A stretch of DNA of 63,005 nt, filler included, from Chrysochromulina tobinii (Eukaryota), in assembly GCA_001275005.1 (NCBI GenBank). It is 3 parts of 3 records of this genome, joined end to end, with 100 filler letters (N's around TTAATTAATTAA, not from the genome) between each part and the next. Parts side by side here need not be neighbours in the genome. Positions count along the whole stretch, not along the records: positions 1 to 28,054 come from JWZX01001417.1; 2 more parts are not named here. One strand, written 5' to 3'. Positions 11,794 to 23,394 of the stretch are shown one piece after another (the stretch's first letter is position 1; each line of letters starts with the position of its first letter). The notes below the pieces were generated by a model. The model saw only the letters and a list, made by a program, of their open reading frames with translations. It ran no database searches and was not told the DNA's origin. A program made the position numbers and the translations under genes.

Positions 11794-13281
11794 CTACACA
11801 CTGGCGCGGATAAAGCCGTTGGGATCGAGGTCGTCCACGTAGGCCCAGATGTTTTTCGATGCCCAGGAGCTCTGAATGTATCGCTCCTCGGACGACAGCT
11901 TAGGCCGCGGCCCGTAGCCCGGCTGCCGCCACCATGTAATGACGCGCAGCGCGCGCAGCAGTGCACGCCATGGGAGCGTGCACGTTGTAGCGTAGGTGGC
12001 CGTCTGGATGGTGATGGGTGGGTGTGATGGGTGGCAGAGCTCGGGGGAGCCCATGGCGAGGATCATGTGGTAGATCTTTGGCGTGGGCGCGAGCTTCAAG
12101 ATGTTGCGGAAATTGGAGTCGGGCAATGCTCCGCCGAAGCCGTACGGTCGCACTTCGATCACGGTGGAGCGGCGGCGCATGAAGAATGCGTGCGTTAGTC
12201 CCGCGCCGTGCATCCCCACGAGGACGTCGGCGGCGCGCACACGCCGCAGGTCCTCTGCGAGGCCCGCCTCACCAAATTCGTGAGGGGTGCACTCGAGCTT
12301 GACCCCGGGCTCGAGGGGGTGGCGCTGCTGCTCCTTACTGAGGCGGATGTACTCGTGGCGCCGCGCAAAGTCCTCACACTGCTCAAGCAGGCTGTCCGCG
12401 TTGGCCAACCAGCGCCCCGAGATGCCCTTGCCCACGCGCCGTCCGAAGAGCACGCGGAGGAGGTGCCGCCGCCGACCAGTGCCGTCCGGGTCAGTGATGG
12501 TGGCAAGCGCTTCGCCCGCCTCGTCGCCAGCAACGTCTGTGATCGCCGAGGCCGTGGCCGCTGCCGCAAAGGATGCGGCGTAGTCATGCCGTGAAAGCAC
12601 GCGGGCGGCGAGCTTCTGTGCCAAGCTCCAGGCGTCGAGCGTCGACGGCTGCCGGTCGAAAATCGAGCGGAGGTTGCAGTAACGGACGTGCGTAAAGCAC
12701 TGCGGCATGCACGGCGTCGTCGAGAATGTGCCGCCGCCGCAGGCCGGCGCCAGCTCATGCATGAAGGTGACGGGAGACACGTGCTCAACGAGGGCGCGCA
12801 ACCAGCCAGGCGTGTGGCAGGAGGTGTTCAAGTTGGAGCGGCAGCCTGCGTGCATGTGCTTGCGCATGACGTCCAAGATCAGCTGGGTCGCACGATTAGG
12901 GGCGATGAGGCCGTTCTGCTCGAGCTCCATGAGTGGCACGACTGTGCTCGAGAATGTGTCTGCGTAATTGAGCGACCCAACGGGCACGAAGGCGATCGGC
13001 GGCGCACACGAAGTATGCCGCATCCTGAGCGCCCCAAGATCGTTCGGTAGCTCGGGATGGCTTTCGGCGTTGAGCTTGTCCAATCGCAGGATCTGGTGTG
13101 AGTTCCAGGGCACCCTCGCTGACGCCTTGAGCAGCGTCCATGAGCCACCACGCTGCGGCCGGTGGTGAATGGTCTCATTCACGATGCACACGTCGGTCAG
13201 CAGCTGGCAGCGTGTCGAGTTGCACGGGCGCGCGCTGCACACGTCGGCGGGTGGAGAGCAGGACGGCGCGGGCTGAGACAT
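11794..13281 (-). CDS. Glycosyltransferase family 61 protein
   Basis: VRAADVLVGMHGAGLTHAFFMRRRSTVIEVRPY is the GT61 signature. Confidence 0.88.
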   Translation of the reverse strand: MSQPAPSCSPPADVCSARPCNSTRCQLLTDVCIVNETIHHRPQRGGSWTLLKASARVPWNSHQILRLDKLNAESHPELPNDLGALRMRHTSCAPPIAFVPVGSLNYADTFSSTVVPLMELEQNGLIAPNRATQLILDVMRKHMHAGCRSNLNTSCHTPGWLRALVEHVSPVTFMHELAPACGGGTFSTTPCMPQCFTHVRYCNLRSIFDRQPSTLDAWSLAQKLAARVLSRHDYAASFAAAATASAITDVAGDEAGEALATITDPDGTGRRRHLLRVLFGRRVGKGISGRWLANADSLLEQCEDFARRHEYIRLSKEQQRHPLEPGVKLECTPHEFGEAGLAEDLRRVRAADVLVGMHGAGLTHAFFMRRRSTVIEVRPYGFGGALPDSNFRNILKLAPTPKIYHMILAMGSPELCHPSHPPITIQTATYATTCTLPWRALLRALRVITWWRQPGYGPRPKLSSEERYIQSSWASKNIWAYVDDLDPNGFIRASV

Positions 13282-13542
13282 TGCGATGCTCACGCATGCA
13301 CGCACGCACTGATGCCGACCGACCTCTCATAGGCCCGACATTTTCCGGCGCCCACCTCGGCGCAAAAATAAAACCGAACATAAACCGAGCCGATCAGCAA
13401 GATTCAAGACGTCTCTTCCGTTCTACTTCAGAATCCAACGTTTCCCCTTCGCCACACGCACAGCGCAGCCCTTTGTTTGGCGCCGCGTTTTCACCGGTAC
13501 GCGGTCGACCGTCGACAGGATGGGTGTGACGGGTGCAAGGCG

Positions 13543-16500
13543 ATGAGCCTTCTGGGACCCACGGCATCGCTATTCAAGGGGCGCGGTGGGGCTCCGCCAG
13601 CACCAGTGCGTGCGCACGCCCTGAACATGAGCCCTCGAACGATCCTTGATGCAGTCTGATGCGTCTCGCTCGCACAAACGACCGCAGGCGGCAGAGAAGA
13701 AGCCGAAGCCGACAGAGAAGAAGAAGCCGTCTTTCGCGGCAGAACTCGACGACGACGACGATGACATCGAGATCAGCGCGGCTCCGAAGAAGAAGCCCGC
13801 GGGGAAAAAGGCCGAGGGCGCTGCTGATAAGAAGCCGAAGCCCGTTTCGTCCGCAGCGGCCGCGACCTCATCTTCAGCGGCTGGCAAGAAGCCAGGACAG
13901 GCGGCCCCGACCACCACGCGCCAAGCGCCCAAGCCAGGCGCTGGTGGCTCCGCAGCTGCTGGGGGCTTCAAGCCTGGCAACCCTTTGAAGAACCCGATGA
14001 ACATCAACTTTGGTGACTCGGACATCTCGATGTCAGACGTGGATGGCGACATTGAGATTGATCCGTCCGCGCAGTCTGAGGACGATTCTTCGCCGGTCGC
14101 AACGCCCATGGCCTCCACTGCAGGCGCTGGCCCGCGGTGCGGCGGTGCCTCCAGCCTGGCTGCTGCCAAGTCGCTCCTCGGTGGCAGCAGTGGAGTTAGC
14201 AGCGGAGTGGCGGCCGGTGGATCGCGGCCACCCGGTGCTACCGCCACTGCCTACAGCGCCGCCAAGCCGCCTGCGGCGGCGAGCACCGTTGGAAGCCGCC
14301 CTCTCTCGGGCGCCAAGCTCGACGACTCCTTCGAGCGCGAGCTCGAAGCTGAGCTGGGGCAAGATCCCGCGGAGTACTCGATGGGCTTTGAAAAGGAGGA
14401 GGACTCGCCCAAGCCGGCGAGCAGACCCACCGCCGCCGCGCAGCCCGTCGCCGCCAAGGCGCCCGCGCCCGCGGCGCCGGCGCCAGTAGCAGCCACAAGG
14501 GCGCCGCCGCCGCAGCCTTCGGCCGCGCCCGCCGCGGCTTACGGCTCGGGCAGGGCAGGCCTCATGTCTGCGGCTATGCTTGACTCTCCGCCGACATCGC
14601 CTCCACAGTCGAGTCAACCCCCGGCTCCGCAGGCTGCTCCCGCCCCCGCGCCCCCGCCGTCGGCGATGGCACAGCCGGGGTTCACCCCGGCAGCCTCCCT
14701 GCCCCGCGACGCGCGGCCGACCACCACGTACGTGCCTTCCGCGTTAGCGATGGCGTATGCCTCGCTACCGCCAACGCTCGAGATGGCGAGTGCTCGAGAC
14801 GGCGCTGCCGGCGGGGCGGCCAGTGCGGTCCTTTCGGGAGCAGCGAGTGCAGCGAATGCAGCGAATGCAGCGAGTGCAGCGCAGCAGCAGCAGCAGCTGG
14901 CAGCGGCGTTGGCGCGCGCCGAGCGGGCTGAGGCGTTGATGAATGCCAAGGGATCCTTGAACGAGCATGAGCTGGCCGCGAAGCTCGCGCACGTACGCCC
15001 GCCGCAGCTCCCTTCAGCTCCCTTTTCTCCTTTCAGCTCCCTTCAGCTCCCTTCAGCTCCCTTCGGCTCCCTTCAGCTCCTGCCAACTGCACCTCTCTTC
15101 CCATCCCCTTTCCCGCTGCCCCTCGCCCTATTCCCCAGCCCGCTGCCCCTCGCCTCCCGACCTCCGTGAAGGCTTCGTCATACCACTGATGACCTCTGAT
15201 GACCTCTGATGACCTCTGATGACCACTGATGACCTCTGATTGCCTCCGTGCAGGCTTCGTCATACCACGAGGTGGAGGTTGCGCGGGTGCAGGCGGAGGC
15301 GCAGCGGCAGATCGCGACGGCGCGGCTCGACGCGCAGCGCCAAGTGGTCGCGGCAGAAGCTCGCGCAGCCGCGGCGGAGGCGACCGCGGCCGAGGCGAGC
15401 GCGAGGCTCAACTTGGCCCAGACAAGGCTGACAGCGCTCGAGGCGATGCAACGGTCGAGCGCGGCGCAACACGAGGAGCGCGAGATCGTCGTCAAGCAGA
15501 CCGAGAGCTCTCGGGCCGAGGCGGCCGAGGCGCAGCTACGCGCGCTCAAGGAGGAGCTGGGCGGCCTGCAGAGAGCGCATGCATTCGAAGTGTCCTCGCT
15601 CAGGAGCGCCCACCAAGACGAGGTCGCCTCTCTCAAGCGCGCGCACGCGGCCGAGCTCACTGCGCTCGACCGCTCGGGCACGCACTCGAAGCAGATCTCG
15701 GGCCTGGCCGCACAGGTGGGCTCGGCGGTGGACGCGTTGTCGCGCCTGCAGCTGAACCAGACCAGCGCGCATTCGACTTCGCTCGAGACGCTCGCGGCTT
15801 ATCACGAGAAGCGGGCTGCAGCACTGACCGACCAAGAGGCTCGTGTGGCCGAGGCGCAGCAGCTCGTGGCACAGGAGCGCTCGAGCCTGCAGGCGCTCGC
15901 CGCGTCGCTCAAGAATTCGATGGATGAGCTCTCGAACTCCCAAGGGTCCGAGAAGGCGAGACTCGCGGCAGAGGCGCAGCGGCTCGCGGTGCAGCAGGTG
16001 GCCCTCGAGAGCCAGCGTGCGGCGCTCGCGGCGGAGGTACAGACCGAACGGCAGCGCCTGGACGAGTGGCGCGAGCAGCGCGCGCGGGAGGAGCAGCAGG
16101 CGGGCATTGAGCGCGAAGGGCGGCGCGCCGAGGTACGCGCCGAGGAGGCGGCGATGGCACGCGAGCGCGAGCGCTTTGCGCGCGAGCGCGCCGCTGCTGT
16201 CCTGGAGGCAGCGACGCGCGAGGCCCAGGCCACGTCCGAGGTGCAGAGACATGAAATGGAGCGCGAGTTGATGGCGGAGACGCGTAAGCGGCTCGCGGCC
16301 GAGCGCGCGGCGGTCGAGGCCCAGATGGCCGAGTTGGAGGAGGCAAAGGCCGCGTTTGAGAGCGACGTGGAGGCTCTCAAGGCCCTCGGGCTGCAGGTGC
16401 AAGCCGAGTCGTTCTCAGTGCGCCAGACCATGGAGCAAGCGCACGCCAAGATGGCGGAGGCCAGCCGCCTCCGCGAAGAGGCGAATGCGGCCCTGGAGGC

Positions 16501-17824
16501 GGTTGAGGCGGAGAAGCAGATGGCGGAGGCGGCGATGGCCAAAGTTCACGAGGGGCGCAAGGCGTTTGAGCTCGAGCGGCTCGAGACGGCCAAGGAGCGC
16601 AAGCAGCTCGCCAGTGAAAAGGTGGCCCTTTCGCGCTCGACGGAGGCGACGCGCCTGCTGCAGCTGCAGCTGGTGACCTCGATGACCTCCCCACTTAAAG
16701 ATTCGGCGCACACTGGTGCCGATGCGGCCAGTCCCGAGGGTACGGCAGCCACCGTAGCTGCTGCTGCGCCCGCCGCCGCCGCCGCCCCCGCCCCCGCCCC
16801 TGCCGCCGCACGGTACGACTCCGATGAGGGCGAGCGGAGGCCAACCCCCGAGCGGACGTGGCGGCAGTGGATCAAGCCGAACGCACGGCCGCAGCGAATC
16901 GCCTCGACGGTCCCCGTGCCTGCCGCGCGCAGCCACCCTGCCACAGGCACCGCTCCAGCTCCAGCTCCAGCATCCCTACCGCCGGTGGCAGAGGTGGAGC
17001 CGCCTTCCGTGCCGCCCCAGGTAGACGGCGCGACGTCGGGGCAGTGGCAGCAGGCTTGGCGTGAAGATTACGCGAAGGCGGCGGCCTTGCTGCGCGAGCA
17101 ATCGGGCTTCATCAGGGCGCTGCAGTCAGGCAGTAACGCTCCCCCTTCAGGTGGCAGCGCCTCCCTCGCAGCCACTGCCCCGAGTGTGGCGTTCGCTCCA
17201 GGCCCCGGCGCGAGCGTGCCTCCCGCCCGCATGCCTCCCCCCGCGTCCTCTGGCCGCCCATCACTCGCCTCCGCTGGCACGGCGCCTCAGACGCCATACA
17301 GCGGCGCCAGCGGCTGGTCGCCTGCGTCCATGTCGCAGCCCACGGCGGGGGGGCTCTATGTGGGCACGGACGGGCGCAGCGCCTCTATCGGCGCCTCGAC
17401 CACGACGTCCTCGAGACTCTCGTACCAGTTCCCCACAGCCCTCTCGTTGGGCACGCCCCTCTTCTCCGACTCGAACGCCTCCACGCCCTCCCGCCAAAAG
17501 TCCAACCAGTTCCCCACAGCCCTCGCCGGCGGCCTGCGCGGCTCTCAGGCGTCTCTGTATGCGGCGGGTGCCCATGCGGCTTCGAATGCGTGGCCTCGAA
17601 CCTTCGGCGCTATGGGAGGGGTCGGCCTCGAGTCGAGCTCAAGCAGCACGGTCAGCCTACACAACGTGCGCCTCTCGTCGTGGGGCTCGTTGCCGTCGCG
17701 CTCGTCCGACTCGCCCGCTCATCCTCCGTCCTACACGGCCGCTGCGGATGCGGCCACGGATGCGGCCACGGATGTCGCGACCTCCGTGGCTGCCGTGAGC
17801 ACGATCGATGAGGCCACCAATTGA
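13543..17824 (+). CDS. Large coiled-coil protein, FBF1-like (ciliary transition fibre/distal appendage), 2 introns
   Basis: Introns 13606-13654 and 14993-15253 join the ORFs in frame. The architecture is a disordered N-terminus, then a long coiled coil. AHQDEVASLKRAHAAEL..THSKQISGLAAQV..QERSSLQ..EKARLAAE resembles the FBF1 core as recalled. Confidence 0.6.
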
Positions 17825-17919
17825 GGCAGCCTGATCGCGCCCAGTCGAGGATCTTCAGATCGACGGGAGATGTGGCTGCGAGAGATGCTGATGTGCTTCT
17901 AGAGGCCTTGGGTAGAGAG

Positions 17920-18044
17920 ATAGATCTCCCTTGGTTGGAGATCTCATCTCCCTTGGTTGGAGATCTCATCTCCCTTGGTCGGAGATCTCATCTCCCTTGG
18001 TTGGAGATCTCATCTCCCTTGGTTGGAGATCTCATCTCCCTTGG
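17920..18044. repeat. 22-nt minisatellite (ATCTCCCTTGGTTGGAGATCTC), about 5.5 copies
   Basis: Intergenic tandem copies visible directly. Confidence 0.9.
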
Positions 18045-18364
18045 GGTGCCATGGGTGCTCGGGTCCATGCTCGTCAGTGGAAGAGAGGCGCGCCGGCGTG
18101 TGCGCTGGGTCGGGGACTTAGTGTGGACAGAGAGTGGTGTGACCACTGCGGTATGGTAGTGACTGTCCGCCGGGGCCGGGGCCTACATGGGCGATGGGGC
18201 ATTGCTTTTGTTGTTGGAGGGGGGGAGGACCGAAAAGTCGACGAAATCCGATCCAAACTTGCTCGTTTCGGGTGGCGGCATGCCGTCTGTTGCGGCGTGC
18301 ATTGCGACGGGCACCATCCAAACACCATCCAAAAAAGAGCCGCACTCAGCAGTGACCCTCATCG

Positions 18365-21300
18365 ATGTCGAGCGTCTCTACGCTCGTCGATCAGCTCAAG
18401 AGAGCAGATGGCGAGGCGCTACAGAATCTGCTTTACGAATTGGCCGTGCAACTGGCATCGGGCGACTCTGCCATCTCGCTGTGTGCAGAGCTTCGTGCGA
18501 ACGGCGCAGTGGCCGTCATCAGCAACCTGCTCACGCACGATGCCCAGCAGGTCCACCAGCTGGCCATCAACCTCGTGGGCAGTCTGGCCTCGACGGCTCT
18601 TGATCCGCAAGCAGGCTTGAGCAGCGGCTTGCTCAAGCAAGCCGGCGCGTTTGACCACCTGCTCCGTCACCTCATGACAACCAAGGATGACACCACGCTT
18701 CTGTACGCGCTCATCGCGATCCAGAACATGTGCACGGACATCGAGTCTGTCGACAAGCTGAAGGAAGCAGGGGGCGCAGCAAGGCTACAGCACATCATCG
18801 GCCTAGCCGACCCTCGACTCCTTGAGTTTGCGCAAGGCTGCCTCGCCAACGTGCGCATCGTCAAAGTGCTCGACACGATGCAGCAGAGAGTCTCAAGGAC
18901 GAAGGCGAATAGCACAAAGGTACTGGAGGCCTTTGTGCGCAACTGGCGGACTCGTCGAGGCACTGCGCGCGCCCTCGTCGCTCGACTTCAAACAGCGGAC
19001 GGCGAGGTGCTGTCGAGTCTGCTCTTGGATGTGGCAGGACGGCTGGAGAACGCATTTGGCTACTCTGCCATCGCGCTGTGTGCGGAGCTTCGTGCGAGCG
19101 GCGCAGTGGCCGTTATCAGCAGCCTGCTATCGAACAAGGACCCACGGATCCAAAAGATGGCCATGAGTCTCGTGGGTAATATGGCTTCAGAGGCTGTTGA
19201 TCCGCGTGCAGACCTGAGCAGGCGCGAGCTCAAGCAGGCAGGTGCGTTTGATCGCCTTCTTCCCTACCTCTTCTTGACGGATAAGGTGACGCTGCTCTAC
19301 GCGCTCATCGCGATCCAGAACATGTGCACGGACATCGAGTCTGTCGACAAGCTGAAGGAAGCAGGGGGCGCAGCAAGGCTACAGCACATCATCGGCCTAG
19401 CCGACCCTCAGCTTCTTGAGTTTGCGCAAGGCTGCCTCGCCAACGTGCGCATCGTCAAAGTGCTCGACACGATGCAGCAGAGAGTCTCAAGGACGAAGGC
19501 GAATAGCACAAAGGTACTGGAGGCCTTTGTGCGCAACTGGCGGACTCGTCGAGCAGCGCGTGCGGACGGGAATGACGCACATCCCGCAGTAGAGAAAGCG
19601 GAGGCAGAGAGAGCGGCGGCGGCGGAGAAGGACGAGGCCGAGCTCATTGCTGCGCAACAAGTCGAGGCCAAGCGGCAGGCGGCTGCCGTGATGGAGGCGG
19701 AGAGCTTGGCGGCGCAGAATGCGGAGGCCGAGAAAGCGGCGGCCGAGAAGGCGACAGAAGAGGCGGCGGCAAAGGCGGCGGCCGAGGCGTCAGCGACCGA
19801 GGCGGCGGCAGCTGACGCGGCGGCAGCTGAGGCTGAGGCGGCTCAGAAAGCGGCGGCCGAGAAGGCGACGGCAGAGAAGGCTGCTGTCGAGGCTGCGGCG
19901 GCAAAGGCGGCGGCCGAGGCGGCAGCGACCGAGGCGGCGGCGGCCGATACGGCCGAGAAGGCGACGGCAGAAAAAGCTGCCGCCGAGGCGGCGGCGGCAG
20001 AGGCGGCGGCGACCGAGGCGGCGGCGGCTGAGGCGGCGGCGACTGAGGCATCGGCGGCCGAGGCGGCGGCGGCTGATGCGGCGGCAGCTGAGGCCGAGGC
20101 GGCTCAGAAAGCGGCGGCCGAGAAGGTGGCGGCAGAAAAGGCTGCTGTCGAGGCTGCGGCGGCAGAGGCGGCAGCGACCGAGGCGGCCGCGGCTGAAAAG
20201 GCGGCGGCTGAAAAGGCGGCAACCGAGGCGGCGGCGGCTGATGCGGTGGCAACTGAGGCAGCGGCGGCCGAGGCGACAGCGACCGAAGCGGTGGCGGCTG
20301 ATGTGGCGGCAGCTGAGGCGGCGGCGGCCGAGAAAGCGGCGGCCGAAAAGGCGGCGGCCGAGAAGGCTGCCGTCGAGGCGGCGGCGACCGAGGCGGCGAC
20401 CGAGGCGGCAGCGGCTGAGGCGGCGGCGGCCGAAAAGGCGGCGGCCGAGGCAGCGGCGACCGAGTCGGCGGCGGCTGAAAAGGCGGCGGCCGAGGCGGCA
20501 ACGACCGAGGCAGCGGCGGCTGATGCGGCGGCTGATGCGGCGGCTGATGCGGCGGCAACTGAGGCAGCGGCGGCCGAGGCGACAGCGACCGAAGCGGTGG
20601 CGGCTGATGCGGCGGCAGCTGAGGCGGCGGCGGCCGAGAAAGCGGCGGCCGAGAAAGGGGCGGCCGAGAAGGCGGCGTCCGTCAAGGCGGCGGCCGACGA
20701 AGAGGCGGCGGCCGAGGCGGCCGCGGCTGAGAAGGCTGCAGCCGAGACGGCGGCGGCCGAGAAGGCGACGGTTGAGCAGGCGGAGGCCGAGAATGCATCT
20801 GCGGCCGTGAATGTGAATGCGTCTACGGCCGAGGCCGGGGCGGCGGGTGTGGAGGAGACGGTGGCCGAGGCGGAGGTCGAGAAGGCGGCGGCCGAGGCGA
20901 CAGCGTTGGAGACGGCGTCGACCGGGATGTTGGCGGCCGATGAGGCGGCGACTGAAGCTTCGGCAGCCGAGACGGCGGCCACCAAAGCGGAAGCGGTGGC
21001 GGTGAATGCGGCTGACAAGCCGGCGGCGAGAGCGGCGGCAGCGGCGGACGCCGAAGCGGCAGTGGCCGAGAAGGACACGACGGTGGCGGTTGCGGCCGAG
21101 AAGGCGGCGGCGGTGACAGCGGCGGTGGCAGCGGCTGAGAGGACAGCAGTTGAGACGTCTGTGGTGGACGCGGCTGTGTCTGAGAAGGCAGCGGCCGAGA
21201 CGGCGGTTGCCGAGGCTGCGGTTGCCGAGATAGTGACAGCCGAGGCAAAGCCGCTGGCGGCTGAGGCCTCCTCAACTGTGGTGGTGGAGCAGCTGGCGGA

Positions 21301-22882
21301 GGAGGCGGAGGCAGAGGGCTTTACGGTAGAAAAGGTGGAGTCGGAGCGATTGAAGGCAGAGAAGGCGGAGGCAGAGGGGGTTGCAGTGCAGAAGGCGGAG
21401 GCTGAGCAGATGATAGCATCAGCGCCAATCCCTGCACGGATGGCAGCACCTTCCGCTACAGCAACAGGGTCAGTGCCAATAACAAAGTCCCCATCGCCTG
21501 CACCTCTGGCACCGCCAGCGCCGGCGCCAGCGTCAGCACCTGCATCAGCTCCAGCGCCATCGGCGCCGGTGCCAGCATCAGTGCCAGCGCCAGCATTGCC
21601 CTCATCCCCTTCGCCAGCACTCCCAGCGTCTCAACCCGCGGCACCTTCGCGGCCTGCACTCGCGGAACCTCCGCTACCTCCACCCAAAGCGCCTCCGCGG
21701 CCTGCACTCGCGGAACCTCCGCCGCTTCCACCCAAAGCGCCTCCGCGGCCTGCACTCGCGGAACCTCCGCCGCTTCCACCCAAAGCGCCTCTACCGACGG
21801 CATTGCGCGGCGCTTCTGCCTCTGAAAGCGGACAGCCACCGAAGCGACCGAAGCGATCTCAAATTGCTCTGGACAGTACAGCGCCAAAGCCCGCCCCCGC
21901 TGCTGCTGTACCGTCCAAAGCCAACCTGCGTGGCAGGAGCCGTGCCAAGAGCCAAGACGCCGTCACGAGTACCGGCGCGCATGCTCGTGACGGCGCGCAT
22001 GCTCCAGCCTCCAAACGCTCCTTGCTCGCTAATGAACCGACGGCGGAGTGGCTGGCGATGGAGAGGGCAAGGGCTGTTGCAAGGGCCGAGCGGTCGGCGG
22101 CCGCCAAGGGGTTCGAGCCCTTTGCGGCTGCATCGACGGGGGCGGAGCTCCGGCTGACAGCAAAGAACTTGTCCAAGAAGGCGGAGATCGAGGCGGAGAT
22201 CGAGGGCGCCAAGGCTGCGGGCGGGCACCTCGACGAGGCTGCGCGTGCTCGAGACGAGGCAGCGCGCGCCCGACGTGCGCAAAGGGAGGCGGAGAGCGCT
22301 CGGGCCTGCGCACGACGAGCGAAGCTGGCGCAGGAATCGGCTGCCGAGCGCGTGGGGAGCCTACCAAGCATCAAGCGCGAGCCGTTTATCCCGATCGATC
22401 AGGCGAGGCCATGGCGCCGAGCTGTGCTTCAGACTCCTCGATATCCAAAGCCTAGGGATGGAAGTGAGCCATGGCGGGAGCCGCCGCGGACGCCGCTGTA
22501 CGTGCCGATGGCCAGATCAGCATCGGCGGGGCTGCTTCCACCACTCGGGATCTCGACCAACAAATTGCCACCACAGTTTGGAGGTGGCCCTCGCGCCACC
22601 TCGATCTTAATGATGCACTGGCAGCCCGGGAACGGGTGGGATCAGGCTACGACGAAGGAAGGGCCCAGGAACGTCGGCTGGCTCATGGGCACGCATCTGG
22701 TGCCTGTTAATCACGACGTACTGCCCAGCACGGCCCAGATTCACTGGGGCGATCGCAGTGAATTCCTGGTCGGTAGAGCCGATGCATGGCTTCTATCACC
22801 GCGTCAGTCAGACAATCAACCCGGTCCGACATCACCGCGTCTACATTCAAGTGATGCTGTTCGTCCTGTTGACGTCGACTAA
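18365..22882 (+). CDS. Protein with a duplicated ARM-like + IQ-like module, a long Ala/Glu/Lys repeat stalk and a Pro-rich tail
   Basis: 1505 aa uninterrupted ORF. It has two ~198 aa helical units ending in LEAFVRNWRTRR, AEKAAAE repeats and three PRPALAEPPPLPPKA repeats. Confidence 0.75.
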   Translation: MSSVSTLVDQLKRADGEALQNLLYELAVQLASGDSAISLCAELRANGAVAVISNLLTHDAQQVHQLAINLVGSLASTALDPQAGLSSGLLKQAGAFDHLLRHLMTTKDDTTLLYALIAIQNMCTDIESVDKLKEAGGAARLQHIIGLADPRLLEFAQGCLANVRIVKVLDTMQQRVSRTKANSTKVLEAFVRNWRTRRGTARALVARLQTADGEVLSSLLLDVAGRLENAFGYSAIALCAELRASGAVAVISSLLSNKDPRIQKMAMSLVGNMASEAVDPRADLSRRELKQAGAFDRLLPYLFLTDKVTLLYALIAIQNMCTDIESVDKLKEAGGAARLQHIIGLADPQLLEFAQGCLANVRIVKVLDTMQQRVSRTKANSTKVLEAFVRNWRTRRAARADGNDAHPAVEKAEAERAAAAEKDEAELIAAQQVEAKRQAAAVMEAESLAAQNAEAEKAAAEKATEEAAAKAAAEASATEAAAADAAAAEAEAAQKAAAEKATAEKAAVEAAAAKAAAEAAATEAAAADTAEKATAEKAAAEAAAAEAAATEAAAAEAAATEASAAEAAAADAAAAEAEAAQKAAAEKVAAEKAAVEAAAAEAAATEAAAAEKAAAEKAATEAAAADAVATEAAAAEATATEAVAADVAAAEAAAAEKAAAEKAAAEKAAVEAAATEAATEAAAAEAAAAEKAAAEAAATESAAAEKAAAEAATTEAAAADAAADAAADAAATEAAAAEATATEAVAADAAAAEAAAAEKAAAEKGAAEKAASVKAAADEEAAAEAAAAEKAAAETAAAEKATVEQAEAENASAAVNVNASTAEAGAAGVEETVAEAEVEKAAAEATALETASTGMLAADEAATEASAAETAATKAEAVAVNAADKPAARAAAAADAEAAVAEKDTTVAVAAEKAAAVTAAVAAAERTAVETSVVDAAVSEKAAAETAVAEAAVAEIVTAEAKPLAAEASSTVVVEQLAEEAEAEGFTVEKVESERLKAEKAEAEGVAVQKAEAEQMIASAPIPARMAAPSATATGSVPITKSPSPAPLAPPAPAPASAPASAPAPSAPVPASVPAPALPSSPSPALPASQPAAPSRPALAEPPLPPPKAPPRPALAEPPPLPPKAPPRPALAEPPPLPPKAPLPTALRGASASESGQPPKRPKRSQIALDSTAPKPAPAAAVPSKANLRGRSRAKSQDAVTSTGAHARDGAHAPASKRSLLANEPTAEWLAMERARAVARAERSAAAKGFEPFAAASTGAELRLTAKNLSKKAEIEAEIEGAKAAGGHLDEAARARDEAARARRAQREAESARACARRAKLAQESAAERVGSLPSIKREPFIPIDQARPWRRAVLQTPRYPKPRDGSEPWREPPRTPLYVPMARSASAGLLPPLGISTNKLPPQFGGGPRATSILMMHWQPGNGWDQATTKEGPRNVGWLMGTHLVPVNHDVLPSTAQIHWGDRSEFLVGRADAWLLSPRQSDNQPGPTSPRLHSSDAVRPVDVD

Positions 22883-23394
22883 TCGATGTGTAGCCGAGTA
22901 TGTTGCGATGTATGAATCCGTGTAGTGCAGTACACACACAGAACAACATGTAAATTCAAAAATTGATTTTTCTATTCACTATTGTCATCAGGCACTCCAG
23001 GCCAGTCGCGGTGCGGTGCGTCATGCCCGGCTCGCAGGGCCGATGATACCCCGATGCGCCCCCGCCCCGGCGCGGGCTGGCGCGCGCGTGCCCGTGCGAC
23101 GCGGGGAGATGCGCGACGTGCGGGTGCGCGCGCCGCTGCGCAGCCCAGGCCGCAGCTGCACCTCGCCTGGAGTGGCCGGACGCTTATCCACGATCGTGGT
23201 TGACTTTTGGTTGACTGCAGACCGACCTGCGTCGTCGTGTCGATGAGTTGAACGTACAATCGTATCTATGATTAAATGAATGATAGTCCAAGGTAAGCGG
23301 GCGGAACAGTTACAGTACGGGGTCCGGAAGCGTCGCCGTGTCCTGTCGGCTCGAGCCTCGCAGGGCTTACACACACAGTCAAGCGCATTACGTC

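Noticed and set aside
19644..21275. Long antisense and alternative-frame ORFs (Arg-, Pro- or Ala-rich) here and throughout the window
   Set aside because: They are shadows of high-GC, low-complexity coding sequence.
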